In this document: in pieces, positions 11,541-20,870 of the stretch | How the letters are laid out: every line of letters starts with the position of its first letter | How positions within the stretch are numbered: the stretch's first letter is position 1 | From: a virus | IMG/VR virus record: IMGVR_UViG_3300030616_000017 | Span: 1 to 64,000 of that record | Length of the DNA: 64,000 bases | Direction: 5' to 3' (one strand) | Made by a program: the position numbers and the translations under genes | Notes under the pieces: generated by a model | The model's database searches: none | What the model saw: only the letters and a program-made list of their open reading frames with translations | What the model was told of the DNA's origin: nothing

Positions 11541-14500
11541 AAAAATTACATCACCCATATTGAGTTTTTTGTAAGTTTGACTTATAGGTTCATATACAAG
11601 AAGATCAAGAGTAAGAGGGTCTTCTGTAGCTGAGCTAAAGTTAGCAAACTCCCCTCCTGATACTCTATACTCTGTTGCCCATTTAATTGTATTTGTATTA
11701 CGTACTTTAATAACATAAATAACAGACATATTGATAGGTCTATTTTCATCAGCTGTGGGAACTACAGTTGAAGCATTAAAATTAACATCTGCATAGTCAG
11801 ACCCACCAGAACCGCCAATATTAGCAGTTACCCCTGATAAGCTAAAAACCCCACTTGCGCTTGACCCTGTATAAAATCTAACATTATCAATAGTACCTGT
11901 AATGTTTCTAATAGCATCACTTTGCAACCAACCAGAACAGCTACTGCCCCTTAAAAATCTTTGAGCTGAATTGGTGTCAGGTAATGTTTTTCCGTTAAAA
12001 GGAGAAGAGCTATCACTAAGAACTTGTCCATTACACTTTTCAAAAGAAGGATGAATAGTGGCAGGAGGATAAATATAATACATATCTCCCGCTGTAGGAA
12101 AGGTATCATAATCAAGTGTAAGCTCTGAACCATTTATTACTGTTACTTTTCCGAATATTTCTTGAGTTGCATTATAAACAATATCCCCTACAGCCACATC
12201 ATAATCTTCAAAATTAACTCTTGCATCAATTAGCTTATTCTCTTCATAAGAAGAGGTGTAATAGTTTGTTCCATCTCCTATGCGAGGAGTATTTGCCATA
12301 GCTTCAAAGCTTTCATGCCAAGCTACGATTGCCCCAAGCGGAACTTCATCTATATTATCTTGAAATCCATTCCAAAGTTTCCAATAATCTTCGTCTGCAT
12401 CAAGAGCAGGATCATTATTAATGTTTGCATCTACAAGAGAAATATATAGATCATTATCAAGTGATACAATATTTCCTTTCATATAAACTTCTGATTCTGC
12501 CCATATAGAAGCTACACCATGGTCTCCTTGAGGACCTTGCTCCCCTTGTTCACCTTGTTCACCTTGTGGCCCTTCTACATTAACATAATTCCCCCAAGTG
12601 CCGTCAGGGTTTTTAAAACGAAGATTAGTTCCTGAGAATTCATGTTCAGGCGCATCCCCTGCTGGTCCTCTTAATTGTGTAGTTTTTAATCCATATACAG
12701 CTCTTAATTGATATGAGCCAGTGTCACCTCCCACAGTAAAGGAAGTGAAAGAAGTATATTGAATATATGCATCATAAAATGCCCCTGAATAAATAATAAG
12801 TCCGGGGTATTTGTCATCCGTATTTGCTAAAAAGAACTCTACAGGAATTAAACTAGAAGTAACATGCCCACTAGCATCATTATCCCCTACAATTAAAATA
12901 AAATCAAAATCATTCCAACTATATCCAGTAGGTAAATCATATGTACCGGATGTAGTAGTACCGTAAAAAAGCTGCACTATTCTATCATCATCTTCTACAT
13001 TTAAGAAATCAGCAATATCTTTTATAGTAGCATTTTTATAAAGATCAGTTGATGCATCCCATACAGCGAATTTATCATTAGAACTTAAAGATCCAATAGA
13101 AGAAAGGTTTTTAAACTCTGACCCATCACTTGTAATTTCATAATAAGTGGCAAGAGCAGTATCTACAGAATTTTTAATCTTAATAAGAGGAATAGCTGAG
13201 ATGTTTATTGGGTACGTATCTACACCTTCATGCTTAAATTGAAGATGTCGCGTTGACCCGCCTGCGTACAGTGTTATATCATCGCTATAAGTTCCATCAT
13301 CTGGTATGGTGATTTCATCATCACCGTCTGCTCCAGGTCGAAGGTTTTTAACTTGATATAAATTGTTAACTGACTCAGCTTGCAATCTACCTGCTGTTTG
13401 CCGTGCCCTGATAAATCTCTCTTCACCTATCATATCAATGAGGGTTTCACCATAAAAAGGGGAATCAACATCCTCTATAACTGAGCCATCTAGTTCCATC
13501 CAGCCAGGCTGAACATCGGGAGCAGTATACACTTTATAAGAAAAAGGTGCGGTAGTATCAAAAGAAGGCTCATAATCAAGCCCAATCTCTGTTTCAGAGG
13601 TAATAACCGTAACAGTAGCTGGGTATTCATAAATGGTGTCAAGAGCTAAATAAGCCACTTCTTCATCAGTTATTTCTCTATCATATAGAGCAACTTCTCT
13701 TATCATTCCCATAAAAGGATCAGTTCCTGGTGTAACTGTGGCTTCTGTGTTATGCCCAAGAACAATAGGACGAGAGGAGCCTGTCATTGCAGCCCCTGTT
13801 CCTGATCCTATCAATACACCATTCACCCAGAATTTATAAGCATCGGTGGCGTTATCTACTGTAAAAGCTACATGATGCCATTGGTTAACAGCAACGTCTA
13901 CTGACTCTTCTAGAGTTGATGCCATATTAAACTCAACAGTTTGATCTGGCCCTTCTCCTTGATGAACTTCAATATCCCAATAATCACTAACATCTCTAGA
14001 AATAATTCTTGCATTTGCATCTCCACTTTGAGTAGTAGATTTAAACCAAAGAGCAGCAGAGAATTTACCTGAACCTGTTCCAAAAGCGTTTCCTGCATCT
14101 GTAGCATCTAATAATTCTATATAAGCTTCATCGCCATCAAAGTAAAATGCTTCAGTACCAGAACCAGTATCACTCCAAGTAACTCCTCCGTTAAGTGTTC
14201 CCCCTATTTCATTATCACTCATATCAAGAGCAGAGCCATTAAGAGGTATCCAAGCTTCAAGATAAGAAGTTACATCCTCTCTATTATACAAAGAAGTAAT
14301 AGTAGTAAAATCATGGGCAAAGGAGAAGATACGAATTTCATTCATCTCACCATCAAAATAATTCTCAAAAGTAGACCCATTATATGGCTCTCCAGCATCA
14401 AACAGACTGGAAGACATATACGTTCTACCGATATAGTTATCTGTATTATCAGCTCCCGCCGTGCCTATAGTTCCAGTAGATGTGGTATTAACAAGTGAGC

Positions 14501-17500
14501 CATCAATATAAAGCTTAATTTCATCAGTAGTCTCACTCCAAGTAGCAACAACATGGTATTCTGTTCCTGCAACTACAGAGCCTCCTTCTACCATTTTCCA
14601 TCCTGCGTTTGTGTAAATACCAAATGAGAATTTTCCGTCATGAATAGCTAATACTCTATCTCTTGCGTCTTCGGTGAAAAATAGAAATGCTTCTTGGGTA
14701 ACACGAGGAGTAACCCAAACAGAAAGTGTTCCTTCATAACGTGTATTATTATAAAAAGCATTTCCAGGCTGTATCCAACCATCAACACCATCAAATACAG
14801 CAGAAAGATCATTCTCATATTCAATATACGTAATATCATTCTCTATGGAGGCATTGTATCCATTACCGCTTGAATCATTAGCATCACCGTCTGCTGTATA
14901 ATAAGCCTCTCTATCCACAGCAACGCTATTAGCATCAATCTTTAACCATACAATATCACCAATTTCTACATTAGTACTTTCAAAGGTAGCAGAAGAATCG
15001 GTTATTTTTGCTGAAGCTGATCCTGTATCTCTTATACCACTTTCTTTAACTACTTTACTTTTAGCTTCAAAGCTCTTATCCCAATATATAATCGATCCAA
15101 GAGGGAGCTCTTCTCCTCTTTCTGATATACTGTATTCAGTCCATTTAGAAGAAACTCCGGGCTCATCCCCTGCTGTAGTAGCTTCTGTAGCTTTATATAA
15201 CACACCATTATGTTCTACAATAGCATCTTCAGAATAAGCAATTAGAGCACTCCATTGAGAAGCAAACCCAATAATACTTTCTCCATCGTCGCCTTGCGGT
15301 CCAGCCGGTCCTTGCGCTCCCGTATCTCCCTTCACACCTCGATATGTTTTGGGGCGAATAACTACATTATACCAATAAGCTTCTGTGGAGAGAGGGGCTA
15401 CATTTGCGCTATCACTCTCTGTTTCAATTCTTCCTATACCATTTGTAGCTGTTCTAATCCTAATAGTATTATTGTCGACATAATATGGTTGCCAACCTAA
15501 GTTTTCAGCATTCGCTCCTTGTCCCTCTGAAGCCTTAAATATAAAATCGTTTCCATCTTTTATGAATACTTGAATATCCAGATCTTCAAGAGCAAGATTA
15601 AGACCATGAGAGACTGAGCTTCCTAGTGAATCCCCCAAATACTGATCCGTCCAATCACTACAAGCCACCCATCCTGTTGTATATTTGTCTTTAAGAGTTC
15701 TAGGGTTAAGATATTCATAAAAGGTATCAATCTCTACTGCTTTATACAATCCTGTACTTTCATCATAGATAACTAATTTATCAGGATCAGAGAGAGATGT
15801 AAGAAGTGAAAGTGTATGAAAAGAAGTACCGTCTATTCTATAGTATTGAGCAAGCTTAGTTTGTGTTCCTAATTTAATTTTGAGAATGGGTATTGCTGAG
15901 ATGTTAATAGGCCGAGTTTCTTCAGCAGTTTGAGGGGCACCGTTTCCAAACTCATCCTCGATAGGAGCAGATCCTGTTTTACCCCAATCAGCTGCATTAG
16001 TACTTGGAGGAAGTCCTCTAAGTATATATGCGTCATCTGTTGTATTATCGTCTTGAGTTACGGGCACATCGTCTTGATCAAAGGTTCCTCCTGCTGTCCC
16101 ACCAACCTTATTAAACAAGCGCCAATCGTGACCTTGAAATGCATGACTCTGCAATCTACCCGCTGTGCTTCTTGCTCGTATAAATCTTTCTTCCCCTATT
16201 ATATCCTCAACAGTAAGTCCATCAAAAGGAGATTCCGAATCATTAATAACAGAACCGTCCATTTCAATCCAACCAGGCTGAACATCAGGTTCTTCATAAA
16301 TTGTATAAGTAAAAAAGAAGCCTACTAATGGTTCATAATCGAGGGTTATTTGAGTTTCACTGTCAACCGATACAACAGTACTAGGAACAGTTAGGGTTTC
16401 CTCCATTGTCCAGGAAGGCCCGGAAGAAGTACCATCGGTTCCTCCTGTAGTAGCTGATATGGTGGTTCCTGTTCCATCATCTATCTTCCAATAATAATCA
16501 AGATCGGTTTCTGTTCCTTCTAACCTTTCAAACATAGAAGAAGGTGTTTGTACTCCATCCCACACTCGAAAGTCACTGATAATACCGTTAAAACTTCTAT
16601 TATCTGCTCCTGTTCCGAAGCCTCCAATAGTTAGATTTCCATACGTAGTTCCAAAATCAATATCAATAGCTGAAGAAATATCCTCTACACCATTAACATA
16701 TACTTTTAATGAACTAGCATTATACGTAACAGAGAGGCGATAAATAGTATCATCAGATAATGTACTGCCTGTTTCATAGTAATGTGTTGATCCATCCCAT
16801 GACATAGTTTTAACTACATTTCCGTGAACACCTACTGAAAAAATAGTAGAGTTTGAAGCTTTAAAAATAGTAAAAATTCTATTATCTATATCCGGGTTTA
16901 CAGAAGTACTGTCAGTAATCTTTATAAGAGCTTCAATAGTAAAGCCACTATCACCATCATATGTCGTAAAAATACTATTAGAAACTCCAGTGTCTATTAA
17001 GTCATCTGTACCATCAAATTCAAGAGTTGGCCATTCTGTAGTCCAAAGAATATCTCCAGCACTTATTCCATCAGTGCTAAATGTTGCATCGGAATCAACT
17101 AGTTTGGTACTTGTTGAGCTATTTGTTCTTCTTCCTGTAGCTTTAACGGTTTTAATTTTTGCTTCAAGTGATTTATCCCAAAAAGCAATAGTACCAAGAG
17201 GAAGTTCTTCTGAGGGTTCAGGAAAAAGATACTCTGTCCAGTATGTAGGAGAGCTATCAGGGGTATTTCCTGTATTGCTATCTACAAGACTTACATAATA
17301 TTTATTATCATACGTTACTACAGCTCTTTCATCATAGGTCACACCAACTTCCCAAGCTATAGCAATACCATCTTCTCCATCAGTTCCATCGGCCCCGTCA
17401 GCTCCATCAGCTCCATCAGCACCTGCTGGCCCCGGATCTCCTTGTGGCCCTGCTGGACCTTGCAGATCAACATAGCTACCCCAACTTCCATTAGGGTTTT

Positions 17501-17996
17501 CAAATCTTAATTGAGTTCCACTCCATTCATGCTCAGGGGGTTCTCCTGGAGCTCCGTCCTCTCCATCTGCTCCGTCGGTGCCAGCCGGACCGCTTATATC
17601 AATCCAAGGTCCCCATGTACCTAAATAACTTTCAAACCTAAAAAGAGAGCCATCAATTTCATAATCAATAACAACAGGTCCGGGAGGCCCCTCCGGTCCT
17701 TCATCTCCTGTATCGCCTTTTTCTCCTTGGGGACCTTGGGGACCTTGAGGACCGGCAGGCCCTGTATCCCCCGTATCCCCTTTTAAATCAACATACGGCC
17801 CCCACGATCCTCCTGTATTTTGAACACTAAGAGATGTTCCATCCCAATCATGAGATAATACAAGCCCACCTCCATATGCAGCAACCCAGTCTTCAATTGG
17901 ATCAGTAACGTTGCGAAGATCGTCTTTATTCCCCGATATTCCTGTATTAGCTATTTGTAGTGCAATTACTTCATCAGCTAGTAAACCTGAAGCCAT
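7455..17996 (-). CDS. Giant modular tail fibre / adhesin, 3513 aa (collagen repeats, 3 CBM5/12-like, 3 split tail-collar, 3 LamG, 8 C-terminal C1q/BclA-like repeats)
   Basis: Gly-X-Y runs; W..G.TY...V.Y....Y CBM motifs; LPLGTIxxW / PGW.E.DG collar motifs; LamG motifs; eight TLP[A/S]GxY repeats about 170 aa apart. Confidence 0.85.
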   Translation of the reverse strand: MASGLLADEVIALQIANTGISGNKDDLRNVTDPIEDWVAAYGGGLVLSHDWDGTSLSVQNTGGSWGPYVDLKGDTGDTGPAGPQGPQGPQGEKGDTGDEGPEGPPGPVVIDYEIDGSLFRFESYLGTWGPWIDISGPAGTDGADGEDGAPGEPPEHEWSGTQLRFENPNGSWGSYVDLQGPAGPQGDPGPAGADGADGADGADGTDGEDGIAIAWEVGVTYDERAVVTYDNKYYVSLVDSNTGNTPDSSPTYWTEYLFPEPSEELPLGTIAFWDKSLEAKIKTVKATGRRTNSSTSTKLVDSDATFSTDGISAGDILWTTEWPTLEFDGTDDLIDTGVSNSIFTTYDGDSGFTIEALIKITDSTSVNPDIDNRIFTIFKASNSTIFSVGVHGNVVKTMSWDGSTHYYETGSTLSDDTIYRLSVTYNASSLKVYVNGVEDISSAIDIDFGTTYGNLTIGGFGTGADNRSFNGIISDFRVWDGVQTPSSMFERLEGTETDLDYYWKIDDGTGTTISATTGGTDGTSSGPSWTMEETLTVPSTVVSVDSETQITLDYEPLVGFFFTYTIYEEPDVQPGWIEMDGSVINDSESPFDGLTVEDIIGEERFIRARSTAGRLQSHAFQGHDWRLFNKVGGTAGGTFDQDDVPVTQDDNTTDDAYILRGLPPSTNAADWGKTGSAPIEDEFGNGAPQTAEETRPINISAIPILKIKLGTQTKLAQYYRIDGTSFHTLSLLTSLSDPDKLVIYDESTGLYKAVEIDTFYEYLNPRTLKDKYTTGWVACSDWTDQYLGDSLGSSVSHGLNLALEDLDIQVFIKDGNDFIFKASEGQGANAENLGWQPYYVDNNTIRIRTATNGIGRIETESDSANVAPLSTEAYWYNVVIRPKTYRGVKGDTGAQGPAGPQGDDGESIIGFASQWSALIAYSEDAIVEHNGVLYKATEATTAGDEPGVSSKWTEYSISERGEELPLGSIIYWDKSFEAKSKVVKESGIRDTGSASAKITDSSATFESTNVEIGDIVWLKIDANSVAVDREAYYTADGDANDSSGNGYNASIENDITYIEYENDLSAVFDGVDGWIQPGNAFYNNTRYEGTLSVWVTPRVTQEAFLFFTEDARDRVLAIHDGKFSFGIYTNAGWKMVEGGSVVAGTEYHVVATWSETTDEIKLYIDGSLVNTTSTGTIGTAGADNTDNYIGRTYMSSSLFDAGEPYNGSTFENYFDGEMNEIRIFSFAHDFTTITSLYNREDVTSYLEAWIPLNGSALDMSDNEIGGTLNGGVTWSDTGSGTEAFYFDGDEAYIELLDATDAGNAFGTGSGKFSAALWFKSTTQSGDANARIISRDVSDYWDIEVHQGEGPDQTVEFNMASTLEESVDVAVNQWHHVAFTVDNATDAYKFWVNGVLIGSGTGAAMTGSSRPIVLGHNTEATVTPGTDPFMGMIREVALYDREITDEEVAYLALDTIYEYPATVTVITSETEIGLDYEPSFDTTAPFSYKVYTAPDVQPGWMELDGSVIEDVDSPFYGETLIDMIGEERFIRARQTAGRLQAESVNNLYQVKNLRPGADGDDEITIPDDGTYSDDITLYAGGSTRHLQFKHEGVDTYPINISAIPLIKIKNSVDTALATYYEITSDGSEFKNLSSIGSLSSNDKFAVWDASTDLYKNATIKDIADFLNVEDDDRIVQLFYGTTTSGTYDLPTGYSWNDFDFILIVGDNDASGHVTSSLIPVEFFLANTDDKYPGLIIYSGAFYDAYIQYTSFTSFTVGGDTGSYQLRAVYGLKTTQLRGPAGDAPEHEFSGTNLRFKNPDGTWGNYVNVEGPQGEQGEQGEQGPQGDHGVASIWAESEVYMKGNIVSLDNDLYISLVDANINNDPALDADEDYWKLWNGFQDNIDEVPLGAIVAWHESFEAMANTPRIGDGTNYYTSSYEENKLIDARVNFEDYDVAVGDIVYNATQEIFGKVTVINGSELTLDYDTFPTAGDMYYIYPPATIHPSFEKCNGQVLSDSSSPFNGKTLPDTNSAQRFLRGSSCSGWLQSDAIRNITGTIDNVRFYTGSSASGVFSLSGVTANIGGSGGSDYADVNFNASTVVPTADENRPINMSVIYVIKVRNTNTIKWATEYRVSGGEFANFSSATEDPLTLDLLVYEPISQTYKKLNMGDVIFSYPYMRVEHNMTAGLNSLEGLFTTTNDVWFEVPLNTVKVNEISGASLAVDNVSYIYQVTLPAGKYRTNWSVPLRHSGEAQTRLRDITNGITLLTGQSGYAHTSYQHTTSSTGGGQFELLGETVIELQAVMNDAAENYDLGINANDYIPDIDIEVYSWIDFWQVNALNQTYSVDQVNNINFPPGVLFTHETAVSVADAGADQWNTTPLNTNRHNEISGATVDISNHQLTLPAGTYYLDFGQSFMYTLYSSARVQDVTHGTTIVQGTGQYHGNSSGSSATCGGKTYFTLTEESTLELQYWVDTAYSQAIAIHGGTITGTVVASHLHVLQLNEYEISHTYTVDHNLNSPPLLQVIEYFDAGNAPGDFGSANVWNKRKLNSIVHNDGSVPTGNVDLTNHQITLPAGKYYIEFSGNQYSTNHTVTRLYDATNGAELLKGKSVYAGHSAESIGSGIVETASSIVIELQQQWDSEEAANEIGPSGHPVWLYNAEIKIWTINTYDITETFTVSTDNNLNTPPLFMIEQRDSASTPTSTNTDQTWLPREFNTVAHDDSTGASLDVGNSQFTLPAGKWWIEWWENAYETQHAVDVLYDVTHGQIAIMGSRKYFNVDNIDGELIGAGYVEPTGDTVYELRHWGYTSGEDDRTWGRELVTVPVNYALNAQLRAWKVNTYDITENFTISRDNNINRPPQMLLEHRAGAGDEGGAIAADDTWTTRTLNTVVDNEIIGASLSSNQVTLPAGKYDISWVQDFYATQRSISRLYDITNSVILAEGIGTYALNTYGGSGKSVGQTTIDLLDETTIELQFAVDVNYSQVYASGLQMDNSRSLLQNETFASLRILQVEALEITREYNIQTLNTLNSPPLLHMEERHASGWTNPTTPTDDDWNTRSLNTSVLNEITGATFDSANYTFTLPAGRYFIEADFKSYRTERSRLRLYNVTTSTTELWGNSSFSGSGGGYADTSNTIAGVLVLTETSELRVDNYIQTSGSDGYVWGAETGTYEPVAYELYGRVMVWQQEALEITRTYDIENVNNINRPPILHAQQREGTGVVSGTMDTAATWETSELNTLVTNEIYSASMDTMNHTITLPAGKYDMNWYLTSYRTEHFSSRLYNVTTGATLLSGSSEMSNNGDYVASKSFGRGVIHLTEETTIRLERIGEFKTSDDDWGESVGDIFFVEHEIYADLWIEQVESYQVNRTINYDQNVEAAPLFQVEDRKAYNTDGGTFTAGAWRTRDLNTTVHNEISGASLDTGTAIITLPSGIYDVEIRCPAHDVNSHVARLYDTTNSSVLLRSANMAVGAGDYTANEAVIKGRISVLAEVEVEVQHICESTKTTYGFGLRGGDHFSVALPHETYTRAYFYKIGEIT

Positions 17997-18002
17997 ATAT
18001 TA

Positions 18003-18710
18003 TTATCCTCCAATTTTGACCTTTGTTGATTTTGCTCCGCTTATATCAAGCGTAATAGCAGAAGCAGGGGGTCCTGTTGAACCTGATAAAGGATCAGTAT
18101 GCGTATGTGTAGAAAGAGTAGTTATTAGTTGTTGTAATGAGGTGTTAAGCTGTGTCCAAAGCACTGCATTATCGCTCTCCCCCGCTAACGTTATTGCATC
18201 TGATTCTAAGTTCACTGCTCCGTCTACTATACTTAGTACTGTTCCATTTACGTTAAGATATATTTCTCCAGCATCGTTAACCACTAAATAGGTTCCTGTA
18301 CTTTGAATAATACCTACATCACCATTTACTGCATTGTGAAAAAATACCGTACCATCACTCAACAGCTTAAAGTTAATGTCAGGGTATGAGGAAGAAGATA
18401 ATTCAGCAACAGAACTTAATGAACTCTCTATTCCTTCATAATCGAACAATTCATCTAAATAAGCCCCTCCAATATAGTAAAAATACTTGAAGAGCTTATC
18501 TACTAGTACTTTAACTGTCTGCCCCTCCTCTGGAAGATGCATAGACACGTTAGTGCTATCGGAGCCCACCACGTACGGATCAGCCCACGGAAGAAGAGAT
18601 TCTTTAACATCTTTAAGCTCAGGAAGAATACGCACTTGTATTCTTCCTTTCTCATCTGGGTCGCTCTTATCTATTACTGTCGCATATCTTAGCAATAAGT
18701 CATTCATCAT
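18003..18710 (-). CDS. Baseplate central spike (gp5/gpV-like, OB-fold + beta-helix with HxH apex)
   Basis: DPDEKGRIQVRI...LPWA...PEEG OB-fold; C-terminal THTH...GSTGPP. Confidence 0.9.
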   Translation of the reverse strand: MMNDLLLRYATVIDKSDPDEKGRIQVRILPELKDVKESLLPWADPYVVGSDSTNVSMHLPEEGQTVKVLVDKLFKYFYYIGGAYLDELFDYEGIESSLSSVAELSSSSYPDINFKLLSDGTVFFHNAVNGDVGIIQSTGTYLVVNDAGEIYLNVNGTVLSIVDGAVNLESDAITLAGESDNAVLWTQLNTSLQQLITTLSTHTHTDPLSGSTGPPASAITLDISGAKSTKVKIGG

Positions 18711-19900
18711 AGTAGTGTTGCCTTTAGGTTATATGTGTTAGGAATTTGTACATACTTTCTTCCTACTATTATTTTAGTATAACCTTGATTCTCTTCGCCA
18801 TTCCAAACATGATCACAATTTTCTATAATATACTTTCCTGAATATCTTTTTGATAATTGCGTTTGATTTCCACTTCCAATAAATATATTCAGCTGAATAG
18901 CCTTACCTGATTGAAGCTTAGGGTGAAAAGGTAGTAAGCATATAAACCTATCTGTAAACATGCTCTTCTTCCCTTCATTGATCTGCCACCCTTTTAAGTT
19001 CTCTTTTGTTCCCGGATCTTCTTTTTCTTTTCCTACATAAAGAAAGCCTGTTTGAGTGGATGCATCCCCCGCTATAGGAAGAGAGAGGTTAGAGGCAGGT
19101 GGATGAGAGGTAATAAGATCTTCTACTGCTATTAACGACCCATCGCTTCTGCTTATAGAATAAATCTCCCTGTTTTTATACTTCCAAATATCTTTTAAGC
19201 TTGTTGTGTAGCGTTTTATTTCTTGCGTCTTCTTATATGTGTCACTCTGTTTTCTTTCTTTCTTTGTCCCCATCTCCACCTTATAATCTATAGTGGAAGC
19301 AATCGATTGGTTAAGAAGGCTCTTATAGTGCTTAAAATGGAATATATTGTCAGTGGTAACAAAAGAATAAAAAGGAGTATTGTCACTATTGACAGCGTAA
19401 GCATAAGGAAGAAGAATGTCATTAAGAAACTTAGCATCTGTAATAAGCGGTTGATACCAATAGTCATTGTTTCCCGTATCATCTATATCTACCCCTGAAA
19501 AATTAAATCTTGATACTAATTTTTTCACTACATTAGCTATCTTATCTTTGTAAGCGGTACTGCGTACTTGCTGAGCACTAAACCAAGCGTGAAGCAAACT
19601 CACCTCCACCGGCCCATTCAATAGACCAGGATGTGTAATCTCCTCCACCCTATCACTTATTAATGTATAAGGAGCTTTAATGTTTGTATTCTCAGCTCCA
19701 AACTCTATTCCTAATTCTTGTCCGGGAGTGGTGGTAAGATACTCTTGTAAAAACCCCGTCTCGTCTTGAAGAGTAAAAAAACCAGATGCATAGAGTGAGT
19801 AAATGCTATCGGAAATAGCAAAGGAGTAGAGAGAAGGATTGAGATCCACCTTCTGCCCATTGAATTGAATGTTTGTTGTATAGTACTCTATGCTTGCCAC
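18707..19900 (-). CDS. Baseplate hub protein (gp27/VgrG-like)
   Basis: 397 aa upstream of the spike; C-terminal SGKYIIENCDHVW; GTG start abutting the upstream stop. Confidence 0.7.
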   Translation of the reverse strand: MASIEYYTTNIQFNGQKVDLNPSLYSFAISDSIYSLYASGFFTLQDETGFLQEYLTTTPGQELGIEFGAENTNIKAPYTLISDRVEEITHPGLLNGPVEVSLLHAWFSAQQVRSTAYKDKIANVVKKLVSRFNFSGVDIDDTGNNDYWYQPLITDAKFLNDILLPYAYAVNSDNTPFYSFVTTDNIFHFKHYKSLLNQSIASTIDYKVEMGTKKERKQSDTYKKTQEIKRYTTSLKDIWKYKNREIYSISRSDGSLIAVEDLITSHPPASNLSLPIAGDASTQTGFLYVGKEKEDPGTKENLKGWQINEGKKSMFTDRFICLLPFHPKLQSGKAIQLNIFIGSGNQTQLSKRYSGKYIIENCDHVWNGEENQGYTKIIVGRKYVQIPNTYNLKATLL

Positions 19901-20212
19901 TTAAACTCTCTTATCGTAATAGAACTTTTCTAGATTTGCAAGAGAAGGAAGTACAATCTGTTTTCCAGGCTCTTCATCATAAATAAACCCTATGTTATTG
20001 AACCAAAATACAATATCATCTAGCTCTGCTATTCTATATTTCTCTAACATCATAATGTCAGGTCTTTTTATGTTATCAGCGGAGAGTTGATACTCTTCTC
20101 CTGGTTCTGTTGCAATAAAGTCTTGAGTAGGAATAGTAAAAATATCTTTATAATATGTACCGTCTTCTCCCTTTACTGAAGCTTCTTGTGCTAAATCGTA
20201 TCTACTTCTCAT
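19901..20212 (-). CDS. Baseplate LysM-like protein (gp53/gpX-like)
   Basis: RPDIMM.KY.....DIVFWFNNI...EPGKQIVLP pattern. Confidence 0.7.
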   Translation of the reverse strand: MRSRYDLAQEASVKGEDGTYYKDIFTIPTQDFIATEPGEEYQLSADNIKRPDIMMLEKYRIAELDDIVFWFNNIGFIYDEEPGKQIVLPSLANLEKFYYDKRV

Positions 20213-20225
20213 TGTCTAATCCTTT

Positions 20226-20861
20226 TTATACTGATCCGTCGAATCCAGCAAATCTACCAGGATCCACTAAGTTCTTTGTTGCTGTGAATACTGATTGAAT
20301 ATCTAGGGCTATCTTACCCCATATCGGATATCCAAAATTATCTGTTTCAGTAGATAGCGTGGGTTCTGCTTTCTTTATAATAATTTGATCAATTCTTAGC
20401 ATAGACCCTATCTCTAAAGAATAAATATCATTTTGAGATTTATCAATAAGATCAACTTCTGTAGGTCCAGGAGGTACCAGAATACCGCTTGCAAGAGCGT
20501 CTGGGAGAGGAATTTGCGCGAGAGTCATAATAGGTTTATACACTTGATTGAAAGCATCCGCTCTTTCCTTATTCACATAGAAACCTACGGTGGCTTGGAA
20601 GGAGAGAGGGTCAGTGCTTCTCCACACCTGCAGGCCGAACTGTTTGAACTTTGTAGAAAAGCCTACTCCAAAAGCTCCTTTAGATATCCTCCCCGATGTC
20701 TCTAAAATACGTAGTATCTTGTTATCGCCACCTCCAAAGAGAGGGCTGAATTCCGAAGAAAGAGATAACGTAATATCTTCCTCTAATATCATAGGAACTC
20801 CAGGTACCACTGGAGATCCATTTTTGTTTATTCTAAGTTTTTTTCCTGATGGTATTCTCAT
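20226..20861 (-). CDS. Tail tube initiator / baseplate-tube junction (gp48/gp54-like)
   Basis: Position between tape measure and LysM gene; VW..TDPLSF and GYPIWG.I.LDI motifs. Confidence 0.55.
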   Translation of the reverse strand: MRIPSGKKLRINKNGSPVVPGVPMILEEDITLSLSSEFSPLFGGGDNKILRILETSGRISKGAFGVGFSTKFKQFGLQVWRSTDPLSFQATVGFYVNKERADAFNQVYKPIMTLAQIPLPDALASGILVPPGPTEVDLIDKSQNDIYSLEIGSMLRIDQIIIKKAEPTLSTETDNFGYPIWGKIALDIQSVFTATKNLVDPGRFAGFDGSV

Positions 20862-20870
20862 AACTCTCTT

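Noticed and set aside
17360-17790. GC-rich short DNA repeats
   Set aside because: They simply encode collagen Gly-X-Y triplets
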